Positions 49,555 through 62,825 of a DNA stretch of 64,000 nucleotides are shown here, in pieces. Made by a program: the position numbers and the translations under genes. Below the pieces are notes generated by a model. It was not told the DNA's origin. It searched no databases and saw only the letters and a program-made list of their open reading frames with translations. Origin of the DNA: Haliotis rufescens (Eukaryota); NCBI RefSeq assembly GCF_023055435.1, contig NW_025964001.1:35588001-35652000 (forward strand), read 5' to 3'. How positions within the stretch are numbered: position 1 is the stretch's first letter; every line of letters starts with the position of its first letter.

Positions 49555-52500
49555 TCACGTCGCCTTCATATCCCACTGTTGTTTGGGATTGTTATTGTCA
49601 CAGTCTGAAAGAAATACTGCGGGTGCACTGGTGAGGCACTGATTTAACTCCGGGTGACGGATTAAGCCTGTTTCCTGAAATGATATAAAGGATAATGGTA
49701 GCAACATGTGTTGTGTATCCGATGCCCGGAAATTTCATATGGAACCGTCAGCCGGAATTACTAATGGAACATTTCCGCGCATTGAAAACTTATTGATTCG
49801 CAAATCGGAAAACGATTGTATTTCTAGTGAGGATAAGATATATGGATGAACAACATTTTGGTTCTTACACCGTTATCAAGCAAGAACCTACACCGAAACG
49901 TCGATCCTAATTGTACTAATGAAGCCGTTTATCCATATATCTTATCTTAACAAAGTACTTCAACCCACTCACTCACACTCACTCTTCCCGTGTGTAGTCG
50001 CCAGGACGCCATGGTACAGTGGTGGTGTTACAGCTAAATGTTTGTTTGTTTTCTTGTTGAAAGCCGCACTCAAGCTATATGACGGCGGTCTGTAAATAAA
50101 TGAATCTGGACCAGACTCGCTGACTTGGTTGATGCATGTCATCGATCCTAATTGCGGGGATCGATGCTCATGATATCAGTCACTTGAATGTCTGGTCCAG
50201 ACTCGATTATTTACAGATCGACGTTATATAGATGGTATATTGCTGAGTGCGGCGTTAAACAACAAACAAACAAACAAACAAACAAAGCATACATTGAGAA
50301 GTTCACCAGAATGGCTTTTGATATAAGATATAGAAACACGAGTTGATAAAAGATTAAAACTCTTATGCTTGCCGAGGATTTTTTAACTTTTATCGACGAG
50401 TGTTGATATATTTGACATAAAAAAGCACGAGGGTGAGATTCTACTTATCATCCAAAATCAATCTTTTTCAGTTTTCAGTAATAACCAGTGTCTTTAGCGT
50501 AATAGGAAACAGCTAACCCGCTTCATTGGCAGCGAGATTATAAATTAGTGATGTCATTCATATGTGATGTCATGGCTACAAATGATGTTACAATGGTGTT
50601 TCAAAGCGTTGTGATGCAATTGTATTGATGCGATCTCGCTTGATCACCCAAGCGATATCTCCTTTCGAAGCGTGATTTGGATGATAAATTCATTCCTGTT
50701 CCAAAACTTTCATTACCTGATTCCAGTCCCAAGGATGACTGCTTCCATCAGGACATTTGGGAAACGTTAATACTTTTGTTTGCTTTGTGAAAACCAGGCA
50801 GAATTCCCCCGTGGATATCTGTCCTGCAGTATTGTATCTGAACACCTGAAACATGACACATTTTATTAGAGTCGGCGGATGTTTTGGTTATGTATTTGAT
50901 TATGGATTAGAGATGGACACACACAAATATCTACTCAAGAAAACAGTAAATGTAATTATGTGTATGAGGAGTACTGGACATCATGTCTACGAGTGGATAA
51001 ACTCAATCTAGCGAACCAAGCACCGTTACGTTTTCTAGCCCGTTCAAGAAATATGTAGTGAGTGAGTGAGTTGTGTTAAACGCCGCTTTGAGCATTATTC
51101 CAGTTATATCACGGCGTGTCAGCTTAATGTGGGAGGAAAGCCCCAAGTGATGCAGGTCTCAGACGTTTACAAATTCGGTGAAACCCACGAGCACGGGTAC
51201 GGTGCTGACAAACCTAGAAACATAATCGAGGCGAACCGGGATTCGAACCCACAATCATAGGTTTCTGGCGTGCCCATGGGACGCAACTCTGCACAGCGAA
51301 TCGCGGCGCTTTAGACGACTGGGCCACCCGTGCCCCCGGAATATTGTTGGGTGCGGCAATAAAAGCATACAAACAAAGGGTTGTTTATCGATATCTGTGA
51401 TTCGTTTATTCGGTAATTCGTTGATGAATAATAATAGGCTACCCCGATAAAAGAGGACATAATATGAAGTTGTATTAATTGTTGGATACAAGCACAAAAT
51501 CAGCAGTAGATTTGGAATGTTATCAAGCTGTTCCGTTTTTAGTAGGTAGGGGCACGCGCAGACGTCGACTTGACGCCGTAATTCGCTTAGCAGAGTTGCG
51601 TCCTTGGGTGTGAGGTATCCTCAGATCATGGGAACGCAACTCTGCACAGTGAATCGCGGCGCCTTAGACGACTGGGCCACCCGTGCCCCCCGTGCCCCCC
51701 AGTACATCTGTACTGCGGAATCAAAATAACAACATGTTCTACCATAACTTGGGTAAATAGCAAAAGTTGAATTATATATATTGTAAAAGTTATTAATTAT
51801 TCAGAGAGCCTACGCCCCAAACAAACACTCATCACACCGCCCCTCGATTATCAAATTGTGCCTCCTTAATAGGCTTGAATTCTTTCAAGAAAAGGATAGG
51901 ACATTTGAGGCATGTGTGTGCTTTTAGAAAATTATTTTATTATATATGATAACAATGTGATATGATGATACATGTGATATATATGATCATATTTACTTTG
52001 CCATGAGGACGAGTAAATGTCTTACCCCGCCACCACAGTAACCGATTATTAAACTGGATCCTTTCGCTAGGCACTGGCTTCCATGTCGCTCATGGATCTG
52101 GAACACAATTATGTTACATTTTTGTATGTGCAAATTATTTACATGAACACCTCGTGTCATTACTGATGTTCAGTGATCCATTCATATAATTTTCAACGCG
52201 ATTTTGTTTTTGACGCTCTTTGGAATCTGTTTTGCCAGATAATTGAGACTGGCCATGCCTCGGCGTTGAGGTTTTATATTAAATATTTCCATTTGCGAAC
52301 ACATTATTTTCGCCATTTTCGCATTCAAACAAAACAACCACAGATACTTTATCAACTATGAATAAATTTCTGGGTAACTCTGTACACGTCTTCTACGGAA
52401 GCCTTTTAGGGCCATTTGGTTTGTTTTTTAAATTCGATACTATCTTGAAATTTCAAGATCCTAAGTTGAAATTTCAAGAAACTAAGTTGAAATTTCAAGA

Positions 52501-53847
52501 TACTATCTTGAAATTTCAAGATACTAAGTTGAAATTTCAAGATACAGAAGTTGAAGTTTCAAGATATTAAGTTGAAATTTCAAGATACTTAGTTGAAATT
52601 TCAAGATACAGAAGTTGAAATTTCAAGATACTTAGTTGAAATTTCAAGATAGTATCTTGTATTCCAAGATAGTATCTTGAAATTTCAACTTAGTTTCTTG
52701 AAATTTCAACTAAATATCTTGAAATTTCTAGATAGTATCGAAAAAAAAATTAAAAACACATGGCCCTAAAAGGCTTCCGTAGATTTCAGAACTATCTCAA
52801 GTAAATGTTAGTATTGTCTGACCCATACGGGGAATCGAACCTGAGTGAATGGGTGAAACGCAGCTTTGAACATTGTTCCAATTATATCACGCTGTGTCAG
52901 CTTGATGTGGGAGGAAAGTGATGCAGGCCTTAGACGTTTATCACTCAGGTGAACCCCACAGCGCATGTATGGTGAGACAAACCCATAAACATAATCGGGG
53001 CGAACCGTGATTCGAACCCACGGTCATATGTTTCTAGCATCCATAAGGGTCATTTGTCTTGAACGACAATTAGGTGAAATATGGTTTCAATATCGTAATT
53101 TGTGTTCGAACAGATTTGTGTCTCTCAAACACTACGACTAGGTGAGTGAGTTGGGTTTAACACCGCTTTGGACAGTATTCCAGTTGCATCACGGTGGATC
53201 AGCTTAATGTTGGGGGAAAGCCCGAAGTGATGCAGGTCTTAGACGTTTACCACTTTGGTGAAATCCACGAGCACGGGTATGGTGCTGACAAACCTAAAAA
53301 GTATACAGATCGAACAGGGTTTCTGTCCAAGGGACGCAACTCTGCACAGCAAATTGCCGTGCCGCCCCCTCGAACCTGAGTCTTCAGTGTGACGAGCCAG
53401 CGCGTTCAACACACGGCTAAACAACCGCCACACGATTCTATGCATATTGTAACGTGCATACTTACATTTCCCCACGCTTTGTTTGGTGGGGGTAGTGGAA
53501 AATATTCCAGAATGCCATAGGCTACATTGTCCAAGTACCATTTGAAGCTCCTACATCCCAGCCTCTTCCTGAGTTCCAACTGGTCTGTGACATTCACCTC
53601 GTGTGCGTGTTGTCGTACGTTTGGTTCACGAATGTAGAAATATTCCTTGTACTCATCCATCCACCCCTCCACAACACGTAGATAATTCTATCATGAGAAC
53701 AAATTCATATTAATTCATGTTAAATTCATATGTATTAACAACATTTGTTAGTTTATTCACATTTCCTAATGCTTAAACAAACAAGCAAGAATATTTCACG
53801 ATGATGATGAACGCTTTAAGCACTAGGCTACCCCACCGCCATGCTGC

Positions 53848-53887
<40 letters not shown>

Positions 53888-55021
53888 AATGATGATGATG
53901 ATGATGATGATGGTGATGGTGATGATGATGATTATGATTATGATAGTGGTAGATGGAAACAAATATTTCATATTAATGGAATTTGATGTGAAAACACAAA
54001 TTGTTGTACTCACGTGTTTTATAATAGACATTTTGATGGGCTTCTTTTTATTAATATTGAGCGAATACGGCATTGTAGAATGGTAGACGTGTCCTACCCT
54101 CGAACAGGGCACCATCTCCATGCTACCCCCACACATCCATTGCTGGAAAACAACAGTTGACATTCAGTGAAGTCAAATTACTCCGTTCTCTAGTTGTATG
54201 GATAACCCTAACTTCCACACGGTTGTTTTTGATAACGTGCATACAAATATACATACAAAGGGTCATTGATTGATTGGTCCAGACTCGATTATTTACAGAC
54301 CGCAGCGCTGTCATATAGCTGGAATATTGTTGAATGAGTGAGTTGGGTTTAACGCCGCTTTTTAACAGTATTACAGTTATATCGCGGCGTGCCAGCTTAA
54401 TGTGGGAGGAAAGCCCCAAGTGATGCAGGTCTCAGACGTTTACCACTTCGGTGAAACCTACGAGCAAGGGTATGGTGCTGACAAACCTAGAAACATAATC
54501 GAGGCGAACCGGGATTCGTACCCACAATCATAGGTTTCTGGCGTGCCCATGGGACGCAACTCTGCACAGCGAATCGCGGCGCTTTAGACGACTGGGCCAC
54601 CCGTGCCCCCGGAATATTGTTGGGTGCGGCGTTAAAAGCATACAAACAAAGGGTTGTTTATCGATATCTGTGATTCGTTTATTCGGTAATTCGTTGATGA
54701 AAAATAATAGGCTACCCCGATAAAAGAGGACATAATATGAAGTTGTATTAATTGTTGGATACAAGCACAAAATCAGCAGTAGATTTGGAATGTTAACAAG
54801 CTGTTCTGTTTTTAGTAGGTAGGGGCAGACGTCGACTTGACGCCGTAATTCGCTTAACAGAGTTGCGTCCTTTGGTGTGAGGTATCCTCAGATCATGGGA
54901 TCGACTCAATATTCACCCTGATTTTTAGTGTTGCATTGATTGTCACCACCATTAACCATTTTTGTAATGGGAACTAAACCAAGGTTGACCAAGATATCGC
55001 TTAAATCTTAGTGAGACTTAT

Positions 55022-55053
<32 letters not shown>

Positions 55054-57045
55054 TTTTGGGGGGGGGGGGGCTCAAATGAGATTCCCTCTCATTTGTAGGG
55101 TAGCCTTGTGGTTAAAGCGTTCGCTCATCACGCCGAGGACCCGGGTTTGATTCTAGACATGGGTACAATGTGTGAAGCTCATTTCTGATGTCCCCCGCCG
55201 TGATATTGCTGGAATTTTGCTAAAAGTGGCGTAAAACCATACTCACTCACTCACACTCACTTAAAATTGTACTGTATAACTAGTAATATATATCGTGTCC
55301 TGACAAAACGGGGTATTTACAACTGTTGAACATGTTATATCCAAACACTTGTATCTCCCAGGTAGCTTGTTTCTTCACTTAAGATCTCGGACCCCTTTTA
55401 ATCCAGAATACTTTTAGTTCCGGCCCTTGTCAGACAGGCTCGGTTCTTATTCCTTTCGTATCGGTGTACCGGGGCTGACGAGAAGGGGCGTTTTAGTTTA
55501 GAAAAAAAAGTAGTCATAAGTAATGGGGAATTATTAAATGTAGCTGGACCGTTTCTGCTATTGTGAAACAATTACGCAAGACACCGGCTCATAATAACTA
55601 CCTGATTCTTAACAGGGAACATACGGTACCTGAAAGATAGCTGGAAGTTTTCTCTTAATAGAGAACATACGGTACCCTGAATGACAGCTGGAAGTTTTCA
55701 CTTAATAGAGAACATACGGTACCTTGAAAGATAGCTGGAAGTTTTCTCTTAAAAGAGAACATACGGTACCTTGAAAGACAGCTGGAAGTTTTCACTTAAT
55801 AGAGAACATACGGTACCTTGAAAGACAGCGGGAAGTTTTCTTTTAATAGAGAACATACGGTACCTTGAAAGACAGCTGGAAGTTTTCACTTAATAGAGAA
55901 CATACGGTACCTTGAAAGACAGCTGGAAGTTTTCTCCTCCCCACACCAGTAAGTTGTCATCGTAACCTCCGATATCAAAGAAGTGTTTGCGATCGACAGC
56001 AAACAGCCCACCGGCGTGTGTTGGTGTACTGCAACGTTACCATAATTTGTGTGAGTGAGGATTAACGTCTCAGTATTATATTGCCGCGTGTCAGCTTAAC
56101 GTGGGATGAAAACCTGAAGTGATGCAGGTGTTAACCACTAGACGTTAACACACGGGCTACACATAAGACGTCGACAGAATTTTATACAGTTTCAATATAT
56201 ATTATTTATGTCAAATTTTGTCTCGTCACGATATAGCTGAAATATTCCCGATGTGACGTTAAACTTTAACTCACTCACTCACTCACACATATAAGATGCT
56301 TAAAACCAAGGATCAGAATCATGGAGAATCTGGGGTTCGAACCCTCAATCGGCGGATCCTGTCACAACTAAGGGGTGTAACTCAAAACGAATTGCGATGC
56401 TGAAGGTGACTTGCACCCCGTTCCCCGTTTTTTCTTTATAACGATAAAATTCACAAACACAAAGCAGTTTCCACAATCATAAGAAAACAAATCATTGATC
56501 TGTATTCTAGAATGGGTAATTATGACAGGTCTCAATTCCATTTACGGAAACCGTGCGTTTCTATTTAACAGAGTCCGGACAAAAGAGGTCGTTGTATTTA
56601 CCCATAAGGTTCTGAGTTGTGTTTCCATGTGGCCGCTTGCTCCTTATCAGACGCATACATCTCTTTATACAGAAGGCCCCAGTCGAACACGCCCTTCACC
56701 ATCTTGGTGAATATATTGTTGTAGGAGAAGTCTTTGTAGCTGATGACGTCAACGGTCGGTTGTACCAACGTCGATCTGGGGAAATAGATAACCATACAAG
56801 TTGATACGACAGATAGTATGATTAGTAAAAGTCTTTTCCCGATTATGAAAACATCGGAAAGATGAGATTTCCGGACTTTGGGGAACTTTCGGTGTTATAG
56901 TCCGAAGCGCCATGGTCTAAAGTAGATACTCTGTTTGTCTCGAACTAGTGATATCACGATAGATTATTTGATGGTTCCAAAGATTTAGGGACGGACCTAC
57001 CTAGGGATTGGGGTGGGGATGTGTGTAGAGGTGGGGGCGTGTGGT

Positions 57046-57082
<37 letters not shown>

Positions 57083-59332
57083 GGAGTTTGTCTAAAGATA
57101 AGATATTTTTCAAATGTACAAGATTTATTAAATCAAAACTATGAGCCTTAATATTTTTTAAAGAAAACCAACTTTCAACAATGAAATTTGTGTGACAGAC
57201 AATTGTTTCTATCCGACAATAGGAAGCATAATTATTTTTTTCAACAATTTATATTTGTTTATAAATCCAGCCTTTGGACACTTTGTCTAACTCTCGATGT
57301 GGTTCAACTACATTAACAGGTCACGTCATGTAATCACATCTGAAGATATTAATTCATCCGCTTCCACGTACGTGACAATTTGTTCTATATAAAATCAACC
57401 TGAGGAGGTTTCGCTTCGATTCTCAAACCACTTCAAGATTGTAAATGAACATATGGCAAGGAAGGTAACAAAAATGAAGTACCTGTTAAGTGCAATCCTG
57501 TGAAGCAAGGGCGGTAACCAGTTCACGTTACATTCACAGTGAGAATCAAGCACTATAAAGACATCTCCAGTTGCCTCCCTTGCTCCCCTCATCCGGGCAC
57601 CTATGAGCCCCAGCCTTTCTTCGTTTCGGTACAATTTGACCAACCCGTTGAAACGCTGGATGTAGGATTCTAGTGGTTTTTGAAGATGACCTGAAACATT
57701 TTCACTAGAAATTATATGTGCAGCCTGAGATTCGACAGCTTAACTCGAAGTAGTTCAGAAACAGGTGTCTCAATACAGCCAAACACCGTTGTGTCGAAGT
57801 TGAAGGGACCTACGTAAATACTTTCGACACAACCGAAATGAACGAATGCGCAGGAACCAAACCTTTACTTCGAGAAAACCATATGTTCGACACAGCGGTT
57901 TTGACTGTATTTTACAGAACCCATGGAACTCACTCCTGTTCAGAACAAAGGGGTCTCAGACCAGGTTCGGATTCTATAATTATCCGGCTATTGTGATATA
58001 GCTGGAATACATCACACTTATTGATCAGATTGTGTCCGCGTGTTCACCATCCTTCAGCCGAAGCAGGCCATGTGTAGGTAATGTATGCAATAAACATAGC
58101 ATACACATGTAGGAATCACCGATACAATCTCAAGGACTATTCTCTACCCATTGTGCTTGCATCGTCCACAAGGACCACCTCCTTCAGGAGCGAGGACGGG
58201 GATCTGTTAATGACGCTGTGGACAGTCCTCAGGAGGGTCGTGTTGCCTTCGTTGTAGAAAACGATCACCACAGAGGCACTGGGCAGATTGGTCGGGTAGT
58301 GCCAGAACACGCATCTGGAATAGCAAAGGATGGCATTACTGTGACACCGCATCATCATCCTGTTACATTTTCACACATGTTTAAAATGAAGAAAGAATGT
58401 TAAATCTACTACGAGAACTTTACAAAAGCAAAATCTTTGCACTTGAATATTAAAGTTTGCTTGACGTCATGCTTTGCAATGTCCATGCAATATTTATAAA
58501 GCGTAATGAAAGATCTGGAAACATTTGACTAAGGTGTAACCTAGACTTACTGCTTGGGTCTGGTGTCAAGAATCGTGCGATTCAGGGATATCCTGTCACT
58601 CACTGACATATCACAGCCATAATCACGCATTGACGAGTAGTCCGATCTCTCAACCTTCACAGGTCGTCCGCCCTCACCTTGTGTATATAAAAACAGATCA
58701 CCGTTTGGTATTCAGAAGAGCACACGTCTCAACAGTAAAAAGGGTAAAATGACACGTTCGCTGCTAAGACGTGGATCATCGACTTCAGAGTGGTATATTT
58801 ATCATATATTTTGTGTTTAAATAAGTATGTATGTTATTGCTCCAAACGAATGATGAACCACACGCGTAACCATTGGTAATTGTATACCATGCTCTGTTAA
58901 TGAGAGTGTATCATTGCGTGAACAACTGAAAGATAACGTTTTGTGCTATATATACGGAGTGGTTTCAAAACGTTTTAAGCCTTGCATACAACTGAAAAAA
59001 TTGTCATGACCTTTAATCAGTTCAACACACAAAGTACTGTCTCCTTCTGTCTCCTGTTTTCGAGTAAATATGGTGGATGGTATGGAAGCTCGTATGAAAG
59101 TCACGCCTCGGTTTGGGTGACCCGAAGTGTTTCCACTCCATTGATTCTTGTTTACTCTTGTGAGGGGGGGGGGGGGGGGGGGTATACACTGGGGGTAGGT
59201 AAACACTGTTTGTTCACCATTTAATTTGTTGGCGAAAGAATTTTATGGCATCGTGACGTCACTTCGTAAAATAATTGTGTGCACCCATTTTGTAACATTA
59301 TCTGCACAGATGTATTAAATGCAGCGCATTTA

Positions 59333-59383
<51 letters not shown>

Positions 59384-62300
59384 TTTATCCTTTTCAATGC
59401 TGAGAAGCAGTGGGACTTAGAGAAATCAGTTATCATTGGACTGAGTGAGTGAGTGACTGAGTATGGTTTTACGCCGCTTTTAGCAATATTCCAACAACAT
59501 CACGGCAGGGGACACCAGAAATGGGCTTCACACATTGTACCCTTGTTGTCGGGAATCGAACCCGGGTCTTCGGCGTGACGAGCCAACGCTTTAACCACTA
59601 GGCTACCCGACCGCCCCCATCATTGGACTGAATAACGCCAACTTGTGAATGATTACACAACAAACGCAGGTCAATATTAAATACGTCACACAACCTACAA
59701 CCTACACGTGGCAGCCGGGCTAAAACATTTCTGACATCCCTTCCCACTGATGTCACTGAGAAAAATAAATATACTTGACTGTGAAGGAATGATGGTCCTT
59801 GCTGAATCCTCAGTCAGTGGGATATACACAGCACAGCTTTGTCCTCTTAATCATACAATTATTTGTGCGTTCTACTGAGTATTTGTTTCCCGGGCAACAG
59901 ATGGTATTTTTTATCAAGAAAAGTATTCATACGCAGTGATAAGTCCAGAATTTCCCATTTAAAGTCCGGGAATAACATTTAACCACGTTATTCAATCATA
60001 TTGCATGAATTCATTTTACAATCGTTTTATTTTTGCTACCGATATATGTAATTTTTGGAGACACTCAAACAGCTGTCACTCATTCATAACTAGTTTCTAT
60101 AGATACTGCTGGTTTCAAACCTACCAGGTCCTGTGCCAACCGCCTCCGCCGGAGGTTCAAAGTTGCCCGTCACTCCTTCCTTATAAACCGATTCCATTGA
60201 CGCAGCAAGATGCTGTCCGGGTTTGTCGCCCAAGAAAAATGGCGCAGAGGCCAGCTGTTAAGTTGAACCATTATTGTTTGATGAAGTGTTATTGTATCAA
60301 CAGCAATATTATTATAAAATGCATACTTTTCAGGTATTGGAGTATTCAAATAAACTGCTGAGAAAAAAAGAAACTAAAACACCCATGTTTAATAGTGTTT
60401 AATGAGCATCGATGCATGCAATTGGGAAACGAAGATATGCATCAATCAAGTCAGCGAGCCTGACCACCCGATCTCGTTAGTTGCCTCTTAGATTTTTGAT
60501 GATGTCAGAATTTGAAAGTTTGACATCAGTAATTCCTTCGGGTTTCTTTATGATATCAGGAATTCATTTAATGACATTTTCCTTTCATATCACTAAAGAA
60601 TGGATAATATCATTGAAACATTACTGATAGCATTCAATAAATAGTGATAAATGAAAGGAATAAGCGATATCCCTATATTGATAATAAATGCTAAATATGG
60701 TTTGACATAAATCCGAAAGAAACATCTCTGATAGAATTCTGTTGCATTTTCTATCGCTGCTGAAAAGAAGTTTGTTTGTTTGACGCTGCACTCTGCAGTA
60801 TCCCTGCCACATGTATACGGCGGCGGTCTGTGAATGATGGAATCTGGACTAGACAATTTAGTGATTTATATCATGAGCATCGACCTAGACATTTCGGATA
60901 CGATGCCTTGCATCAACCAAGTCTGCGAGCCTACCAGTCGATCTCGCCAGCAGTCTCTTAAGACAAGCATTGGTTCCTGGATACCAATTCTAAACCGGAT
61001 CTCCACAGGGCGCTAAGAAGTACTTTCAAAGGCAGTGTCAGCATTGATGTGCCATAACACTGAAAATTTGTCATCATTTTATGTACATGTCCCAGTATAG
61101 CTTGCATGACCTACAATGTTACAGTAAATGATATATGTTCTCAAATGTGTTGAATATGTTGGGTTATTTTTCAGAAAGGTATTGTGCTTGAAGAATTCAA
61201 GAAGAGACTACCTTATGACTTGATTTTATTGTAAATTCAGGCAGTAGTGTATTATATATTAACGTCTCCTTGACTTTAGAGGGACTAATAATTAAATGTC
61301 ACATGTGGCTGATTTAGAATTAATTCAAGAAATAAATTATAATCAGTGTGGGTTTTTTTAAAGTATGTTCTTTCACTGTTCATTTGATAACACTATTTAT
61401 GGATACGCCTGTTGACACAACCCTGCCTTCAAATTGATCCTCCCTTGTCTACATTATGCATCAATTATCAACACGTACTTAACCCTAAGCAGGCAGTCCT
61501 GTTCCACAAATGTTAAATAAACTACAATGAAATAAATGGTGTGATTGTCTCCCCATGACCCTACGCCGATGACTGATGTACCAATTTATACACTTCCCCT
61601 TCAAGTAAATTAAGTTGCATATTTGTTATTTGATCCATGCTTCACAAATTACCTTACCTTCTGCGTACCGTTTCACTAAGCGACCATAGGATTACCAGTA
61701 CAAAAATCCTATAATATAACATAGACTCCCGAAAGTCATCCCTCACAAAATATAACATAGACTTCCGACTATCATACCTCCTATAATATAACATGATAGA
61801 TATCGACTGTTATAACTCCAATAACATAACAAAGAGTTCTGACTGTCGTAACCCCTACAATATGACACCGACTTACGACTATAGCAACTCATATAATAGA
61901 CCACAGACTTCCGACTGTCATAAACCTTATAATATAACATACACTGTCATAATATAACATAGACGCACAATGGCGTTACCCCTACAACGTACATTGACTT
62001 CCCACTATCGCAACTCCTAAACAAAATATAAACTTCCGACTGTCATAAATCATATACTATACAATAGACTTACGACTGTAGTAACTTCTATGACATACAT
62101 GTAACATAGGCGATGCGGGGCATTTGTAACTGTAGTTCTGGTGCATTTTCTCACGTCATGTCGATATTAGTCTAACCTTGCCACCCGTGAAAATCCGGGT
62201 AAGAATAGGTCTTCATCAGCCCGTGCTTGTCGTAGGTGGCGCCTAACGGGATCAGGCTCGCTGACTTGGCTTGGTGCATGTCATCGAATACCAATTGCTG

Positions 62301-62825
62301 GGGGGCATGGGTGGCCCAGTCGTCTAAGGCGTCGCAATTCGCAGTGCAGAGTTGCGTCCCTTGGGCACGCCAGGGACCTATGATTGTGGGTTCGAATCCC
62401 TGTTCGCCCCGATTATGTTTTAGGTTTGTCAGCACCATACCCGTGCTCGTGGGTTTCACCGAAGTGGTAAACGTCTAAGACTTTCCTCCCACATTAAGCT
62501 GACACGCCGTGATATGACTGGAATACTGTTAAAAGCGGCGTTAAACACAAACTCACTCACTCACCAATTGCTTGGATCGATGCTCATGATATCAGTCACT
62601 GGATTGTATGGTCCAGACTCGATTATTTACAGACCGCCTTCATATACCTGGAAGAGTGCCGAGTGCGGCGTTAAACAACCAAACAAATCTTACCTTGCCA
62701 AATGCTATGTTTTCGTGAAGTCGTTCTACGTTTATATAGTTGAATAGTAGTCCCAACATGCCGAGGAAAAGAAAACCTAAGATCCATGTTTTCATGGAAC
62801 GTCTCCTACACGTACACCCCAGCAT
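49555..62825 (-). CDS. GALNT7: Polypeptide N-acetylgalactosaminyltransferase (GALNT7-like), 12 exons, 575 aa
   Basis: Exons: 62694-62825 (type II TM), 60125-60254 (GNFEP...GPG), 58551-58677, 58148-58314 ([10 protein letters not shown]...LLRTVHSV...LVDDAS), 57483-57690 (LDSHCEC, DxH motif), 56602-56775, 55911-56028 ([10 protein letters not shown]...[11 protein letters not shown]), 54014-54142 (WMCGG...PCSRVGHVY), 53466-53687, then the ricin-B lectin exons 52026-52097, 50717-50845 and 49555-49674. All GT-AG; lengths sum to 1728 nt. Subfamily assignment rests on motifs only. Confidence 0.88.
51057..51635. repeat. ~580-bp intragenic direct repeat (family B SINE plus flank), second copy at 54333-54900
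   Basis: Near-identical sequence continues beyond the SINE (AAAGGGTTGTTTATCGATATCTG...GGTATCCTCAGATCATGGGA) in two different GALNT introns. Confidence 0.85.
52392..52783. mobile_element. Foldback-type MITE with 24-bp TIRs and internal inverted 21-bp arrays
   Basis: TCTACGGAAGCCTTTTAGGGCCAT ... ATGGCCCTAAAAGGCTTCCGTAGA. Internal AAGTTGAAATTTCAAGATACT units switch orientation at ~52660. Confidence 0.8.
53847..53945. repeat. (GAT)n microsatellite
   Basis: Directly visible. Confidence 0.95.
55625..55935. repeat. 47-bp minisatellite overlapping the GALNT exon 7 splice donor (~6.5 units)
   Basis: The last unit runs into the coding exon at 55911. Confidence 0.92.
57776..57907. mobile_element. Small Tc1/pogo-type MITE with TA duplication
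   Basis: TA-CAGCCAAACACCGTTGTGTCGAA ... TTCGACACAGCGGTTTTGACTG-TA, imperfect TIRs. Confidence 0.65.
59445..59618 (-). mobile_element. Family C SINE with a 13-bp TSD
   Basis: ATCATTGGACTGA at 59432-59444 and 59619-59631. Confidence 0.9.
61690..62110. repeat. Degenerate ~35-bp tandem repeat (CTATAATATAACATAGACTTCCGACT...)
   Basis: Recurrent AATATAACATAGAC / GACTTCCGACT motifs. Confidence 0.7.
62180..62688 (+). mobile_element. Family D SINE interrupted by a nested family B SINE (62300-62563)
   Basis: Family D body (CAGGCTCGCTGACTTGG...CCAGACTCGATTATTTACAGACCG...(AAAC)n) split by SINE B with TSD ACCAATTGCT. Other D copies at ~13390, 21860, 41820, 50100, 60410 and 60770. Confidence 0.78.

Larger units (their letters stand above)
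23620..55930. repeat. Tandem segmental duplication, copy 2 (expanded by the Maverick insertion; retains GALNT exons 8-12)
   Basis: Colinear with 4162-23382. Confidence 0.88.

Noticed and set aside
53801-54086. Poly-Asp, poly-Met and poly-Ile ORFs
   Set aside because: (GAT)n microsatellite in a GALNT intron; only 54014-54142 is coding.
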